From positions 1 to 50,848 of the forward strand of contig NW_021834017.1 in NCBI RefSeq assembly GCF_006345805.1: a DNA stretch of 50,848 bases. The letters run 5' to 3'. The notes under the pieces were generated by a model. The model had not been told where the DNA came from and did no database searches. It worked only from the letters and a program-made list of their open reading frames with translations. This DNA comes from Octopus sinensis. Its lineage: Eukaryota. Each line of letters begins with the position of its first letter. The stretch's first letter is position 1. A program made the translations under genes and the position numbers. Shown here piece by piece: positions 25,001-39,200 of this stretch.

Positions 25001-25610
25001 TCACCTTCACAATCCGAATAATATTTGTAGAAAATTCCACTAAAGAAATATCCATTTTTCCAAAAATTATGAGGAAATAAAACCAACTGATGTGAATTTT
25101 CCAAAACTTTTCACCCCACCCTCAGAAAACTTTTTCACAACAAATTCCAATATATCCATTAATATCCATTTGTCAGAAAGTTATGAGTAAAGAAAGGTTT
25201 GTGATTTAAGGGAGATCTGCCTGTTGTTTCTAACACATCCCACAACCACCTTTCTTGTTTCTTCCTCACTCTAACATGTATTCATGTTTTTCAATATTTT
25301 TGTCCCCATAAAAGCATTTATGCTGTTAAAACAAATTGGTTTTAAAATTTGATTTTTGGTAGAATTCTGGTTTAAGAACCCCATATAACCCCTCATAACC
25401 TTTTTTAACTTTTTGGAATAAAAAAAAAAAATTCAGTACATTTTCAGTAAAATATTCAAAACTAAAGTTTTTCAATTTTATATTTCAGCTGATGTAGAGA
25501 AACTAAGTTCCTTTTGTTGCTTGCATTTCCCAGTTGATTCTTGAAAATTTCCATTGCATCAAGCCATAAGTACAAGGTATGTTGGAATAAAAGAGATTTT
25601 GCTGTAAATG
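25001..25610 (+). repeat. ~600-bp repeat, second copy at 31228-31820, containing one monomer of the ~235-bp satellite
   Basis: TCACCTTCACAATCCGAAT...CCATTGCATCAAGCCA...AGAGATT found at both sites. Confidence 0.85.
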
Positions 25611-26510
25611 TTTGTAGTGGATCTTGCTAGCATGAAGTGGATTCGATCCACCATAGCCGAATTTAAATTAACACTGCAACAAAACTTTTCCCATGGTGGA
25701 ACAATGGTTTTTTTTTCTCTGACAGCAGTTTTACATTTTCCAGATGCCTTTAGCTAGGCCGAAATAATGTCTTCACTACTTGACCCTTTCTAACCTTTTC
25801 TACTTCACCAAAAGCTAGAATAGAGATAACAAAACCACCAACTAAATCTATGATATATCTATCCTTCTGGTTAGTTATAAAAGCAAGAACACCCCAAGCA
25901 AAAATCAGTAAGTCAACTCCTGTGATAACACAACAAGTTCAGTCACTTTGGTGATGACTCACCAAGTTAGCCACTACAATGATAACTCAGTGAGAACAAA
26001 GTCTGGCTGACCAGCTAGAACCTTGTTCAGAGGGAGAAATGAAGTTTACTGTCAGCAACTGCGAGACAACGTCCCACACCTTACAACTCTCTCTAGCTCT
26101 AATTCTGTTCTCTTACAACATCATTCTATCTCTCTCTCTGGAATTACTACTAAACAATGAAGAGGATACAAACACAAACTTTACTTCGCATGCTTTTGGA
26201 TTTTTCAAAACCTGCCCGTCGATGCAAGTTATTGGTAATGTAACAATAAATAAATATTCCTTAAAACTTCATGCCTTGTTCCTCTTTGACATCCTACAGT
26301 ATGCAATTATAACAACAAATTTTCATCGTCACAAATGCTGACAATCGACACATCGTAATATTGTTTACTAATCAATTTCTACCGTTACAATTACTGACCC
26401 TCAACTTCAACTAAAAATTTTATCGTTACAAATAGTCTAATAAAAATATACCCGTTACAACTTGTGGCCCCGAAGAAGAGCATTGTAGCCTTCACAAAGA
26501 TTAACTGCAA

Positions 26511-26797
26511 GCCAGCGCCGCCTCGACTACCTTCCGTACCGGTGGCACGTAAAATACACCAATCCGACCGTGGCCGTTGCCAGCCTCGCCTGGCACCTGT
26601 GCAGGTGGCACGTAAAAAGCACCCACTACACTCACGGAGTGGTTGGCGTTAGGAAGGGCATCCAGCTGTAGAAACATTGCCAGATAAGACTGGAGCCTGG
26701 TGCAGCCTTCTGGCTTCCCAGACCCCAGTTGAACCGTCCAACCCATGCTAGCATGGAAAACAGACGTTAAACGATGATGATGATGATGATGATGATG
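26511..26797 (+). mobile_element. (GAT)n-tailed retroposon, 5'-truncated
   Basis: Same body and tail as 22166-22727; long (GAT)n. Confidence 0.85.
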
Positions 26798-27364
26798 AAA
26801 CTGGCGAGCCCGTGGAAAAAGATTGGCTGCCTTCTGAACCTATGTTACCAACAATTTGGTGAACCCGTGTAAAGAGAAATAATACCTTTTCATGCTAGAT
26901 GCTGATTCGAATTAAAGAACTGGACCATCTACAGTCGCTAACCCAAAGGAAAATGAATGACAACCTTCGACACCACCATGATGCACCCTCCATCGATCTG
27001 CTACAGGAAGCACTATTCTGCAATGCAATCTACGATGCACTTCGCTGCAATGCAACACAGCCGACGCACAAGGTATTCGCTTACATGCCAAGAAACTAAC
27101 TGGAAGAAAATATGGAAGCCCGCACATGCAACCTTTTCAGCACACACACGCTTTTCGTCTCATCCTGATGTACAAACCCTGCATGGTTTGTGAACTTTTG
27201 CATGGACGTAAGTCTCTCACATAGACTTTGAGCAACTCTTTTTATTTGCATGCACATCTATTCACTTTCAGCTGTAGACAAAGGACACTATTTTCAGCTA
27301 AGTTTGTTATTTTTGCTTATTTTATTATTGTTCTGTTTGCACTGCACACTTTCATTTGTTTACG

Positions 27365-28550
27365 AGTTACACATATTCCACGATGCACACATTCCACGAA
27401 GCACATATTCCACGAAGCACATTCTGCGATGAACATATTCCCTGATGCACATATTCCACAATACATATATTCCATGTTGCACATATTCCATGAAGTGCAT
27501 TCCACGATGCACATATTCCACAAAGCACATTCCCCGATGCACATATTCCACGATGCACATATTCCACGAAGCACATTCTGCGATGCATATATTCCACAAA
27601 GCACATTCCCCGATGCACATATTCCACGATGCACATATTCCACGAAGCACATTCTGTGATGCATATATTCCACAAAGCACATTCCCCGATGCACATATTC
27701 CACGATGCACATATTCCACGAAGCACATTCTGCGATGCATATATTCTACGAAGCACATTCTGTGATGCATATATTCCACGAAGCACATTCTGTGATGCAT
27801 ATATTCCACAAAGCACATTCCCCCCCCGATGCACATATTCCATGAAGCACATTCTGTGATGCATATATTCCACAAAGCACATTCCCCGATGCACATATTC
27901 CATGAAGCACATTCTGTGATGCATATATTCCACAAAGCACATTCCCCCGATGCACATATTCCACGAAGCACATTCTGTGATGCATATTTCCACAAAGCAC
28001 ATTCCCCCGATGCACATATTCCACGAAGTACATTCTGTGATGCATATATTCCACAAAGCACATTCCCCGATGCACATATTCCACGATGCACATATTCCAC
28101 GAAGCACATTCTGCGATGCATATATTCCACGAAGCACATTCCCCGATGCACATATTCCACGAAGTACATTCTGTGATGCATATATTCCACAAAGCACATT
28201 CCCCGATGCACATATTCCACAATACATATATTCCCTGATGCACATATTCCGCAATACATATATTCCACGTTGCACATATTCCACGAAGCGCATTCCACGA
28301 TGCACATATTCCACAAAGCACATTCCCTGATGCACATATTCCACAATACATATATTCCACGTTGCACATATTCCACGAAGCACATTCTGCGATGCACACA
28401 TTCTGCAATGCACATCTTCCATGAAGCGCATCCTACGATGCACATATTCCGCGTTGCACACATTCCACGTTACACATATTCCACGAAGCACATTCCACAA
28501 AGCACATTCTGTGTTGCACACATTCCACGAAGCACATTCCACGTTGCACA
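27365..28550. repeat. Minisatellite of 14/16-bp monomers with 30- and 60-bp higher-order units
   Basis: For example GCACATATTCCATGAA-GCACATTCTGTGAT-GCATATATTCCACAAA-GCACATTCCCCGAT, recurring at 27831 and 27891. Confidence 0.95.
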
Positions 28551-28685
28551 AATTATTCGACGATTCGTTTCACTATAGCAGCTAAATCCATTTGCATATC
28601 TTTTTGAATGTTCCTTATTATTATTATTCATATTTTGAATGTACATTTTTTTTGTTCACTTTGAAAATGTTTGTATTGTTGCATA

Positions 28686-28870
28686 GACACACGCATGCAC
28701 CTTTCTTCACAGCCTTGCGCATGCATCTGCACACTTGATTCATACACACACGCATGCACCTTTCTTCACAGCCTTGCGCATGCATCTGCACACTTGATTC
28801 ATACACACACGCATGCACCTTTCTTCACAGCCTTGCGCATGCATCTGCACTCTTGATTCATACACACACA
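28686..28870. repeat. 3 x 59-bp tandem repeat
   Basis: ACGCATGCAC at 28691, 28750 and 28809. Confidence 0.93.
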
Positions 28871-29065
28871 CATGCTATCTCTGCCACATTCATGCTCTAC
28901 ACATGCCTTTCTCTCTAACGGGAAATAAATATCTCCTTAAAACTTCATGCATTTTTCCTCTTTTACATCCTGCATTATGCAATTATAACAACAAATTTTT
29001 ATCGTCAGAACTACTGACGATCGACACATCATAATATTGCATGCCTGATCAATTTCTACCATTAA

Positions 29066-31200
29066 AAACAAATTGGTTTGAAAATTTGATTTTTGGTGGA
29101 ATTCTCGTTTAAGAACCCCATATGACCCCTCATAACCTTTTTTAGCTTTTTGGAATTTAAAAATAAATTCAGCACATTTTCAGTGAAATATTCAAAAATA
29201 TAGTTTTTTAATTTTATATTTCAGCTTATGTAGAGAAACTAAGTTCCTTTTCTTGCTTGTATTTCAATATTTTTATCCCCATAAAAACATTTATGCTATT
29301 AAAACAAATTGGTTTGAAAATTTGATTTTTTGTGGAATTCTTGTTTAAGTACCCCATATGACCCCTCATAACCTTTTTTAACTTTTTGGAATTTAAAAAT
29401 AAATTCAGCACATTTTCAGTGAAATATTCAAAAATATAGTTTTTTAATTTTATATTTCAGCTTATGTAGAGAAACTAAGTTCCTTTTCTTGCTTGTATTT
29501 CAATATTTTTATCCCCATAAAAACATTATGCTATTAAAACAAATTGGTTTGAAAATTTGATTTTTGGTGGAATTCTGGTTTAAGAACCCCATATGACCCC
29601 TCATAACCTTTTCTAACTTTTTGGAATTTAAAAAAAAATTCAGCACATTCCAGTGAAATATTCAAAAATATAGTTTTTTAATTTTATATTTCAGCTTATG
29701 TAGAGAAACTAAGTTCCTTTTCTTGTTTGTATTTTCCAGTTGGTTCTAACATGTATTCATCATCATCATCATCATCGTTTAGCGTCCGCTTTCCATGCTA
29801 GCATGGGTTGGACGGTTCAACTGGGCTCTGGGAAGCCAGAAGGCTGCACCAGGCCCAGTCTGATCTGGCAATGTTCTACGGCTGGATGCCCTTCCTAACA
29901 CCAACCACTCCATGAGTGTAGTGGGTGCTTTTTACATGTCACCGGCACAGGTGCCAGGGGAGGCTGGCAAACGGCCACGATCGGATGGTGCTTTTTATGT
30001 GCCGTCCCCATAAAAACATTTATGCTATTAAAAAAAATTGGTTTGAAAATTTGATTTTTTGTGGAATTCTTGTTTAAGAACCCCATATAACCCCTCATAA
30101 CATTTTCTAACTTTTTGGAATTTAAAAAAAAATTCAGTACATTTTCAGTGAAATATTCAAAAATATAGTTTTTTAATTTTGTATTTCAGCTTATGTACAG
30201 AACTAAGTTCCTTTTCTTGCTTGTATTTCAATATTTTTATCCCCATAAAAACATTTATGCTATTAAAACAATTGGTTTGAAAATTTGATTTTTGGTGGAA
30301 TTCTCGTTTAAGAACCCCATATGACCCCTCATAACCTTTTTTAACATTTTGGAATTTAAACATAAATTCAGTACATTTCCAGTGAAATATTCAAAAATAT
30401 AGTTTTTTAATTCTGTATTTCAGCTTATGTACAGAAACTAAGTTCCTTTTCTTGCTTGTATTTCAATATTTTTATCCCCATAAAAGCATTTATGCTATTA
30501 AAAGAAATTGGTTTGAAAATTTGATTTTTGGTGGAATTCTGGTTTAAGAACCCCATATGACCCCTCATAACCTTTTCTAACTTTTTGGAATTTAAAAAAA
30601 AATTCAGTACATTTCAAGTGAAATATTCAAAAATATAGTTTTTTAATTTTATATTTCAGCTTATGTAGAGAAACTAAGTTCCTTTTCTTGTTTGTATTTC
30701 CCAGTTGGTTCTAACATGTATTCATCATCATCATCATCGTTTAGCGTCCGCTTTCCATGCTAGCATGGGTTGGACGGTTCAACTGGGGTCTGGGAAGCCA
30801 GAAGGCTGCACCAGACCCAGTCTGATCTGGCAATGTTTCTATGGCTGGATGCCCTTCCTAATGCCAACCACTCTGTGAGTGTAGTGGGTGCTTTTTACGT
30901 GTCACCGGCACAGGTGCCAGACGAGGCTGGCAAACGATCACAATCAGATGATGCTTTTTATGTGCCATCCCCATAAAAACATTTATGCTATTAAAAAAAA
31001 TTGGTTTGAAAATTTGATTTTTTGTGGAATTCTCGTTTAAGAACCCCATATAACCCCTCATAACCTTTTCTAACTTTTTGGAATTTAAAAAAAAATTCAG
31101 TACATTTTCAGTAAAATATTCAAAAATATAGTTTTTTAATTTTATATTTCAGCTTATGTAGAGAAACTAATTTCCTTTTCTTGCTTGTATTTCCCAGTTG
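29066..31200. repeat. ~235-bp satellite, 7 monomers, in a ~965-bp higher-order repeat containing a retroposon fragment
   Basis: AATTGGTTTGAAAATTTG at ~29070, 29306, 29541, 30037, 30270, 30506 and 31000; retroposon pieces (-) at 29757-30006 and 30721-30968. Confidence 0.9.
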
Positions 31201-32449
31201 GTTCTAACATGTATGGTTTTTCAATCATCACCTTCACAATCCGAATGATATTTGTAGAAAATTCCACTAAAGAAATATCCATTTTTCCAAAAGTTATGAG
31301 GAAATAAAGCCAACTGATGTGAATTTTCCAAAACTTTTCACTCCACCCTCGGAAAACTTTTTCACATCAAATTCCGATATATCCATTAATATCCATTTGT
31401 CAGAAAGTTATGAGTAAAGGAAGGTGTGTGATTTAAGGGAGATCTGCCTGTTGTTTCTAACACATCCCACAACCACCTTTCTTGTTTCTTCCTCATTCTA
31501 ACATGTATTCATGTTTTTCAATATTTTTGTCCCCATAAAAACATTTATGCTATTAAAAAAACTGGTTTGAAAATTTGATTTTTGGTGGAATTCTCGTTTA
31601 AGTACCCCATATAACCCCTCATAACCTTTTTACTTTTTAAATTTTAAAAAAATTCAGTACATTTTCAGTAAAATTCTAAAAAATAATATCTTTTATTTTT
31701 TTCTTTCAGAAACTAAGTTCTTTTCGTTGTTTGTATTTCCCAGTTGGTTTTTGAAACTTCCCATTGCATCAAGCCACAACTATAAGGTTTGTCCAAATAG
31801 AAGAGATTCTGTTGTAAATATTGGATTGTATAGTCATAAAAACACAAGATATATATATGAGGGAGATTTAGCTGTTGTGTCTTGCACATCACACAGACTT
31901 TCACAGAATTACATGTAGACATAGATTAAAGAACAAACAAAATGTGAAAACTATTCCTTATTTTAAGCATTAAAAATGTAAATTCAGGACTCTATCAATA
32001 TCTGTAACTTACTGCAAACTCATTAGGAGATGTGAGAGAGAGAGAGACAACCCAAAGCAAAACGACCAAGGAGCCGCCGGTTGCCGAAACAGACACTCCG
32101 AGGATTTTCACCAGAGCCCCGTCTGCCGGGTTGTGGGCCTAATACCACTCGGTGTCAGACCAAACTGCCTTGGGTGGCCCTACCAGGAACCAAAGTTCCC
32201 GACAGCATAGCTCTGACACTACCCGTTGCCAGTGTCCCCACCACGGTGAGGAGGGGATGGACTTCGGGGACGCATGATTTTTGAATGCAACATGAGTTAT
32301 GGTGCTTGAGTGCATTGAACTAGAATGAGGGTTGTCATTCAAAAGTCCAAGAAAAAAACAAAGTTTGTAAATGCGAGGAAATACCATGGAGTTTCAGGGA
32401 ACCTGACATGATCTGTAACTGTTGGATTTTCAGAAAAACTATACAAGAA

Positions 32450-32848
32450 GGTGCAGGAGTGGCTGTGTGGTAAGTAGCTTGCTTACCAACCACATGGTTC
32501 CGGGTTCAGTCCCACTGCGTGGAATCTTGGGCAAGTGTCTTCTGCTATAGCCCCGGGCCGACCAATGCCTTGTGAGTGGATTTGGTAGACGGAAACTGAA
32601 AGAAGCCTTTCATATATATGTATATATATATATGTATGTGTGTGTCTGTGTTTGTCCCACTAGCATTGCTTCACAACCGATGCTGGTATGTTTACATCCC
32701 CGTCACTTAGCGGTTCGGCAAAATAGACCGATAGAATAAGTACTGGGCTACAAAGAATAAGTCCCAGGTTCGATTTGCTCGACTAAAGGTGGTGCTCCAG
32801 CATGGCCGCAGTCAAATGACTGAAACAAGTAAAAGAGTAAAGAGTAAG
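32450..32848 (+). mobile_element. SINE family B, full length
   Basis: Complete head, microsatellite and tail. Confidence 0.9.
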
Positions 32849-33156
32849 AAGAATGTTCACAGTTAGAAGTTTCAAATGATTTAGAATTTTCTTCAGAAAA
32901 CGTTTATTTTGACGTGAAAATGCTGTAGCAAAAAGTGTTTGTGCAAGTTCAAACTGCACTTGTCTCTACTGTACAGCGTTCTGTAGTATTCGAAATAGTT
33001 AAGAATAAGATCTCCAATGCCACAGGCTCGACCACAAATCTATTAAAGAGTGACTGATGATATTGTGACTGTTTGTTTTTCTCAGCCTGACCAGCCTCGG
33101 ACCCTGGGCTATAAACTTTGTTATTTTGCAGCTTTTCAAAATTATTTTTTCAGATC

Positions 33157-33202
33157 ATGGCTAAATGGATCTTGTTCTGCTATTTGTTTGTAACATTTGA
33201 CC
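33157..33202 (+). CDS. Coding exon 1: signal peptide
   Basis: ttttttcag-atc-ATG, MAKWILFCYLFVTFD+C|gtaagt. Confidence 0.75.
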
Positions 33203-36200
33203 GTAAGTTTTATTTATATTTTATTTAATTTCTTTCCATAACTTATTTTTGTTAAGGCAAACTTACTCAGGTGCACAGGGGTCTGGAATGGGGTCACTCA
33301 CATAAGGAGGATTTTCTTTGTTTTGGTAGGGATTTTCCCAATTTTGTTTTCATCACAGCTTTAGAAATGATGCATTTTATGGAAGAAAATTTGGTCCAGT
33401 GGTTAGGGCAGCGGACTCGCGGTTTCGATTCCCAGACCGGGCGTTGTGAGTGTTTATTGAGCGAAAACACCTAAAGCTCCACGAGGCTCCGGCAGGGGAT
33501 GGTGGTGATCCCTGCTGTACTCTTTCACCACAACTTTCTCTCACTCTTACTTCCTGTTTCTGTTGTACCTGTATTTCAAAGGGCCGGCCTTGTCACTCTC
33601 TGTGTCACGCTGAATATCCCCAAGAACTACGTTAAGGGTACACGTGTCTGTGGAGTGCTCAGCCACTTACACGTTTATTGAGCGAAAACACCTAAAAGCT
33701 CCACGAGGCTCCGGCAGGGGATGGTGGTGATCCCTGCTGTACTCTTTCACCACAACTTTCTCTCACTCTTACTTCCTGTTTCTGTTGTACCTGTATTTCA
33801 AAGGGCCGGCCTTGTCACTCTCTGTGTCACGCTGAATATCCCCGAGAACTACGTTAAGGGTACACGTGTCTGTGGAGTGCTCAGCCACTTACACGTTAAT
33901 TTCACGAGCAGGCTGTTCCGTTGATTCGGATCAACCGGAACCCTCATCGTCGTAACCGACGGAGTGCTTCCATCCATCCACCGTCTTATTTCTGGAGTGC
34001 AGTCACCATCTCGATTTCTTTTGGAGCCAAGGAAGATGAAATCATCAACCACTTCAATCTCTTCATTATCGATCTTGATGCTGGTGTTTGTTGTGGCTGC
34101 TGTTGACATGATCTTCGTTTTCTTAACCACAACCCGTCACTATTTAATAAATTCTCAGATGTCTTTACTTTAACAGCTTCGTTTCCCTCTGTGTCTGCTG
34201 TAGTGTTTCCTGGTTTATCGAAATACGTGGGAATTTCATTTATGTATCCAATATTTCCTGGGGAGAACCCAAACATTTTACACTCCTTCAGAACAAATTT
34301 TTTCAGTTTCTGAGCAATATGAGTTTTTTTTTTGGCAGTCGCAGTCACTTATCAATACATGTCAGCCTCAACATCCAAAGCCCTCATGTTCCACCATTTT
34401 GTCCTGCACCTTTCAGGGTCCACCTCTTCCACAGATTGCCTCCGCAGTTAGAGATCAGCACTTCTTTACATAGCAGTCCTTGTCCGTTCATTTTTAGAAT
34501 GACATTGTAAGACAGGTGTAAAAGGATGACCCATTACCAGTTTAAACATGAAACAGGTAGAATCTTTGTGCCAGGTATGGCTACTTTAACTCGTTAGCAA
34601 TTAGTTTATTCCGTTTAATGTAATGCTCCTTTAGACTTGGTTTTTGAATTAATCATTCGTTATCTTGTAGTTTTGACATTTTGATGATGTGATTGTTTAT
34701 TTTTAGACTGACATTGTAGGGTAGGTGTGAGGGGCTGGACCCAGCCACTTAGAACATAAAACAGATATGGCTGCTTTAATCCTTTAGCAATCAAATTACT
34801 GTGAAATGTAATGTTCATTTATTCACATTGTTTTGAATTATTTCATCTTAAAATCAAAAAATTTTGTTTTCATCTTTTACAGATTTGTCAAGGGCACAAA
34901 AGTATAATATCACCCAAAGTGGTAAATATATTCTTCTTTCCTACATTTGACCCTCCAACATGGAGTATAGGCCACTCATAATTGAATTCCATGTTGCATA
35001 ATTTTTCACCTCTGTACTTATACTCTGCCATGAATGTCCCCCTTTCTCTAGTTCCTTTTGTGTTGATCTACGCCACTAGTTCTTAGGCCTACCTCTCTTT
35101 CTATATCCAAGTTAAGCTAAGTTAAGGTAAGTTAAGTTAATTTTTGGGCTCAAAAAGCAAAAAAGCAAGGCCATGTAGGGGGACATGGAGTTATGTACAG
35201 GGTGGTGTTCATGCAAAGAGTTCAGGCCATTTGTGGTCAAGGGAGACTTTGAACCAAGCAGTCGTCAGCATCTTCACTATCTCGTCCGGCAGCTTATTCC
35301 ACGGATCCGCAACCCGGACGGAGAAGGCCCCTCTTCTTCGATTGAGATGAAATTGTCGCAGATAGAGTGCATTCCACTCTGCGCTTTGCTCTACAATGAT
35401 ACAAAGAGTGGCGGTTTGATCTCCACATGAACGGTTCTTCCTAAATCCAGCTTCTTCTTTACTGCTGTCCTCATCATCTCTAAAAGTATCCTGTTAAAAT
35501 CTTTTCCGGGAGCTGATAATAGCCTAATCCCTCTATAAGATGCTGAGTACTCATCAGCCAATTATAGAGGTTTTCCATTAATAAAAAAGTTATCAAATCA
35601 AGTGGCAACATTATAGAGAAGGTAGATATATAGACAAAGATGTGGATTTAAATTTTAAGAACATATGAGGTACTAAGATTTGGTTGTTCCACTACATCAT
35701 ACGTTCTTAAAATTAAAATCCACATCTTTGTCTATATATCTACCTTCTCTATAATGTTGCCACGTGATATGAACATTTTTGTATTAACAGAAAACCTCTA
35801 TAATTGGCTGATGAGTGTTCAGCATTTTAAAACTGTTGTAATACTTACAACATTTAATAAAATGATGTAGTACGAAACGATCGTACCAAATTACCGGAGT
35901 CATTCTTATTGCTTATTTTCATTATAATCACCCCACGGATTTCTATGGATAACACCATACAAAATTCTGGTGCATCTAAATTAAGTACCATATTCATTTG
36001 AATCTAAATTTTTGCTGAACTTATATATATATATATTTGCCAACATAATGTGGCAGTCTTGGTTAGGACGAATGATACTGTAAATTTAGTCTTAGGAAAC
36101 ATCATCTATCTGCATACCAATGGTCTCTGGGTTATTTCCCTTCATCAGCACAGAATAACTGCTCGGCTACAGATGACTCCACTAAACTCTTGTCCAAAAT

Positions 36201-39200
36201 ATATACTTTCCAAAGTGACACAAAGTCTCTGATCTAACAAATAGAAAATTATTTCTAAATCTCTGAACAAAAGACATTGAGTAACAGTACTCTAGGGTAG
36301 AGATTATTTGCCAACATAATGTGGCAGTCCTGGTTAGGACGATTGTTACTGTTCCTTAGCCCTAGGAAATATCGTCTCCAGCAGGCTATATGACACACTA
36401 GCTGCATCCTTATATTTTCAAACAAGGGAGTTTAGCATCCCATAGGACATAGATAGCGTGTCATATACCCAGCTGGAGGCAGTGTTTCCTAGGGCTAGAT
36501 AACAGTAACAATCATCCTAACTAGGACTGCCATATTATGCTGGCAAATAATCCTTACTCTCGAGTAATGTTACTGAATGTTTCTCATTCAGGGACTTAGA
36601 AATAATAATTTTCTATTTACATATATATATATATACATATATATAAACAATGGGCTTCTTTCAGTTTCCATCTATCAAATCCACTCACAAGGCTTTGAAA
36701 CACACAAGTTTGTATGTATATATATACACACACAAGTGTGTATGTATATATATACACACACATATACATACACACACATATACATACAATGGGCTTCTTT
36801 CAATTTCCATCTAGAAAATCCACTCACAAGGCTGATGCTGTAGTAGAAGACACTTTCCCGAGGTGCTCTGCAGTGGGACTGAACCCAGGACCATGTGATT
36901 TGGAAGCAAACTTCTTAACTGATTTCGTTATTTCAGGAATTGCTGTGCTCAATGGATGTCTCACCCTTACGATAACAATACCTGATATGAAACGACCGGT
37001 GGTTTGGAAGTGCCGCAATTATAAATATGAATGTGACAAGACATGCGCTGATGGCCCTGACTATAAAGTGACACAGGATGGAGATACCTCCACGCTTTGG
37101 ATCAAAAAAGTAACTGAGAAATGTTTGACTTGGAGATTTGATGATGACAACCTTAATGCTGCAGACATTGATTTGAAGATAAAGAGTAAGGAAATGATTT
37201 ATAATAATTTCTTTATTGACCACAGAGGGCTAACACAAAGGAAAACATTCGGGAGGGTCTAGTGTGGGTTTTAGCATGTAAAAAGTCATACAAAGAATAA
37301 AAGAAATTCAAAGTAACATCCCTGATAGTTTGGGGACTTTGAAGGGCCACACGTAAAGAAAGCCCACAAAATCCAAGGTCTCCCTGGCCACCAGGGTTGA
37401 TGCCCTCTCCCAGTCTTTCCTCTCCAATATACAGGTACACTCTGAGAGAAGGCCCATTCACTCAGGTAATGCTCACCCCTCTCACCCACCTTTCAACAAA
37501 CTGCTTGGAAGCCAGCACTTACCTCTCCACCCTGATTTTCCTCTTCAAGTAAAACCTGAAAAAGTTTATTAGGGTTTTGACAAAATGGCAGTTGCTGGTC
37601 TTCAGCCCTTTCAGACATGTCCACTGTATGATCCCCTTTGCCATGGGCCCCGAGCAGATAAAAACTGGTTGCCCTTCCTGGTTGAGGGAAAGTAGAGGGG
37701 CCATCTTCACAATGGACTTCCAAAATTTTCCAAAATCAAAATTTTTGTTTTCATCTTTTACAGGTTTCTCAAGTGCAAACATTTACAAGATCACCCAAAG
37801 TGGTAAATATATTCTTGTTTCCTACATTTGACCCTCCAACGTGGAGTATAGGCCACTCATAATTGAATTCCATGTTGCATAATATTTCGCCTCTGTACTT
37901 ATACTCTGCCATGAATGTCCTCCTTTCTCTAGTTCCTTTTGTGTTGATCTACGCCACGGAGTTCTTAGGCCTACCTTTCTTTTTACATCCAACCGGTTCC
38001 ACTTTAAACACTTTTTGCTACATTTAGTGTGTCTTTTCTAATTGTGCTACCAATCCACTTCCTCCTTTTCTTAAATATTTGCTCCCTAATCAAAACTTGA
38101 TTTGTTCATTGCCATAGCTCCATATTGCTTATGTGTTTGGGCCATCTAATTTTAAGTATACTACGCAAGCATCTGTTGATGAATGGTTTTATTTGCTTAT
38201 TTGATTTAACTGTTGTTTGCCATGTCTCAGCCCCATACAATAACACCGCTTTTACGTTCGTGTTAAAAATTTTAACTTAAGTTAAGATAATTTTTGGGCT
38301 CAAAAAGCAAAAAAGCAAGGCCATGTAGGGGGACTTGGAGTTATGTACAGGGTGGTGTTCATGCAAAGAGTTCAGGCCATTTGTGGACAAGGGAGACTTT
38401 GAACCGAGCGGTCGTCGGCATCTTCATTATCTCGTCCGGCAGCTTATTCCACGGAACCGCAACCCGGATGGAGAAGGGCCCTCTCCTTCGATTGAGATGA
38501 AATCGTCACAGATAGAGCTTTTCGGAGTGACCCCGCAGCCGACGCTCTGGAGCAGGAGTGAAGAACATCTCTTCCGAGAGGTTACTTTGTTGTTTATTGA
38601 AATTACACTTGCGCTCCATACTTTCTTTAACAGGTGAAAAACGGTCCTTGCCTTACTTATTCTCACCTTAATATCTTCGTCGGTGCCACCTGAAAACGTT
38701 ATCTTACTACCTGAATACATAAATTGGCTACATCCTCTTGTTCACCAGTTTCTAGTTTAATACATTCATTGTTTACTTCATTAACGTGCATAATTTTTGA
38801 TTTGAGGTTGACTTTCAATCCTAGTTTGGCAGCTATTGCTTCTAATTTTGACATTTTATTTTGCATTTGGCTATGTTTGTGAAAGCAGCCCCCTATCATC
38901 TGCAAAGTCGAGATCTTCTACAGCTTCCACATCCGTCCATTCAATGCTTGTTTGGCTTTCAATCGTAGTTTCCTTCATAATCCAATCTATAACTAATAGA
39001 AATAAAAAGGGTGTAAGGATACAGCCCTGTCGAACTCCTGTTTTTACTTCAAATTTATCTGTAGCTCCGTTTCCATGCAAGACTCGGCATGACATTCCTT
39101 GGTATGTTGGTCTTATATATATATATGTATATCATCATCATCATCATCATCATCGTTTAACGTCCGCTTTCCGCGCTAGCACGGGTTGGACGGTTTGACC

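Noticed and set aside
25500-25950. Partly open minus-strand frame (KCKTAVREKK...WEKFCCSVN...) considered as a Fanzor/TnpB or LINE linker remnant
   Set aside because: No RuvC or RT motifs nearby, stops present, and the similarity is only impressionistic. HHpred on the six-frame translation would be needed.
27317-28578. Longest ORFs in the window (up to 394 aa, Cys/His-rich, both strands)
   Set aside because: They lie wholly in a 30/60-bp minisatellite; open frames follow from the unit length. No gene context.
13148-31200. CRISPR-like appearance of regular repeats
   Set aside because: The monomers are contiguous with no unique spacers, no cas genes are present, and the context is eukaryotic.
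32050-32300. GC-rich patch upstream of the receptor gene as an extra exon or CpG promoter
   Set aside because: No convincing splice pair, and exon 1 already supplies the ATG and signal peptide. The minus-strand DGALVKILGV weakly suggests a LINE RT remnant.
36714-37262. 182-aa single-exon ORF
   Set aside because: The first ~74 codons are microsatellite and SINE. Only 36937-37185 is bounded by splice sites and has a paralogous exon.
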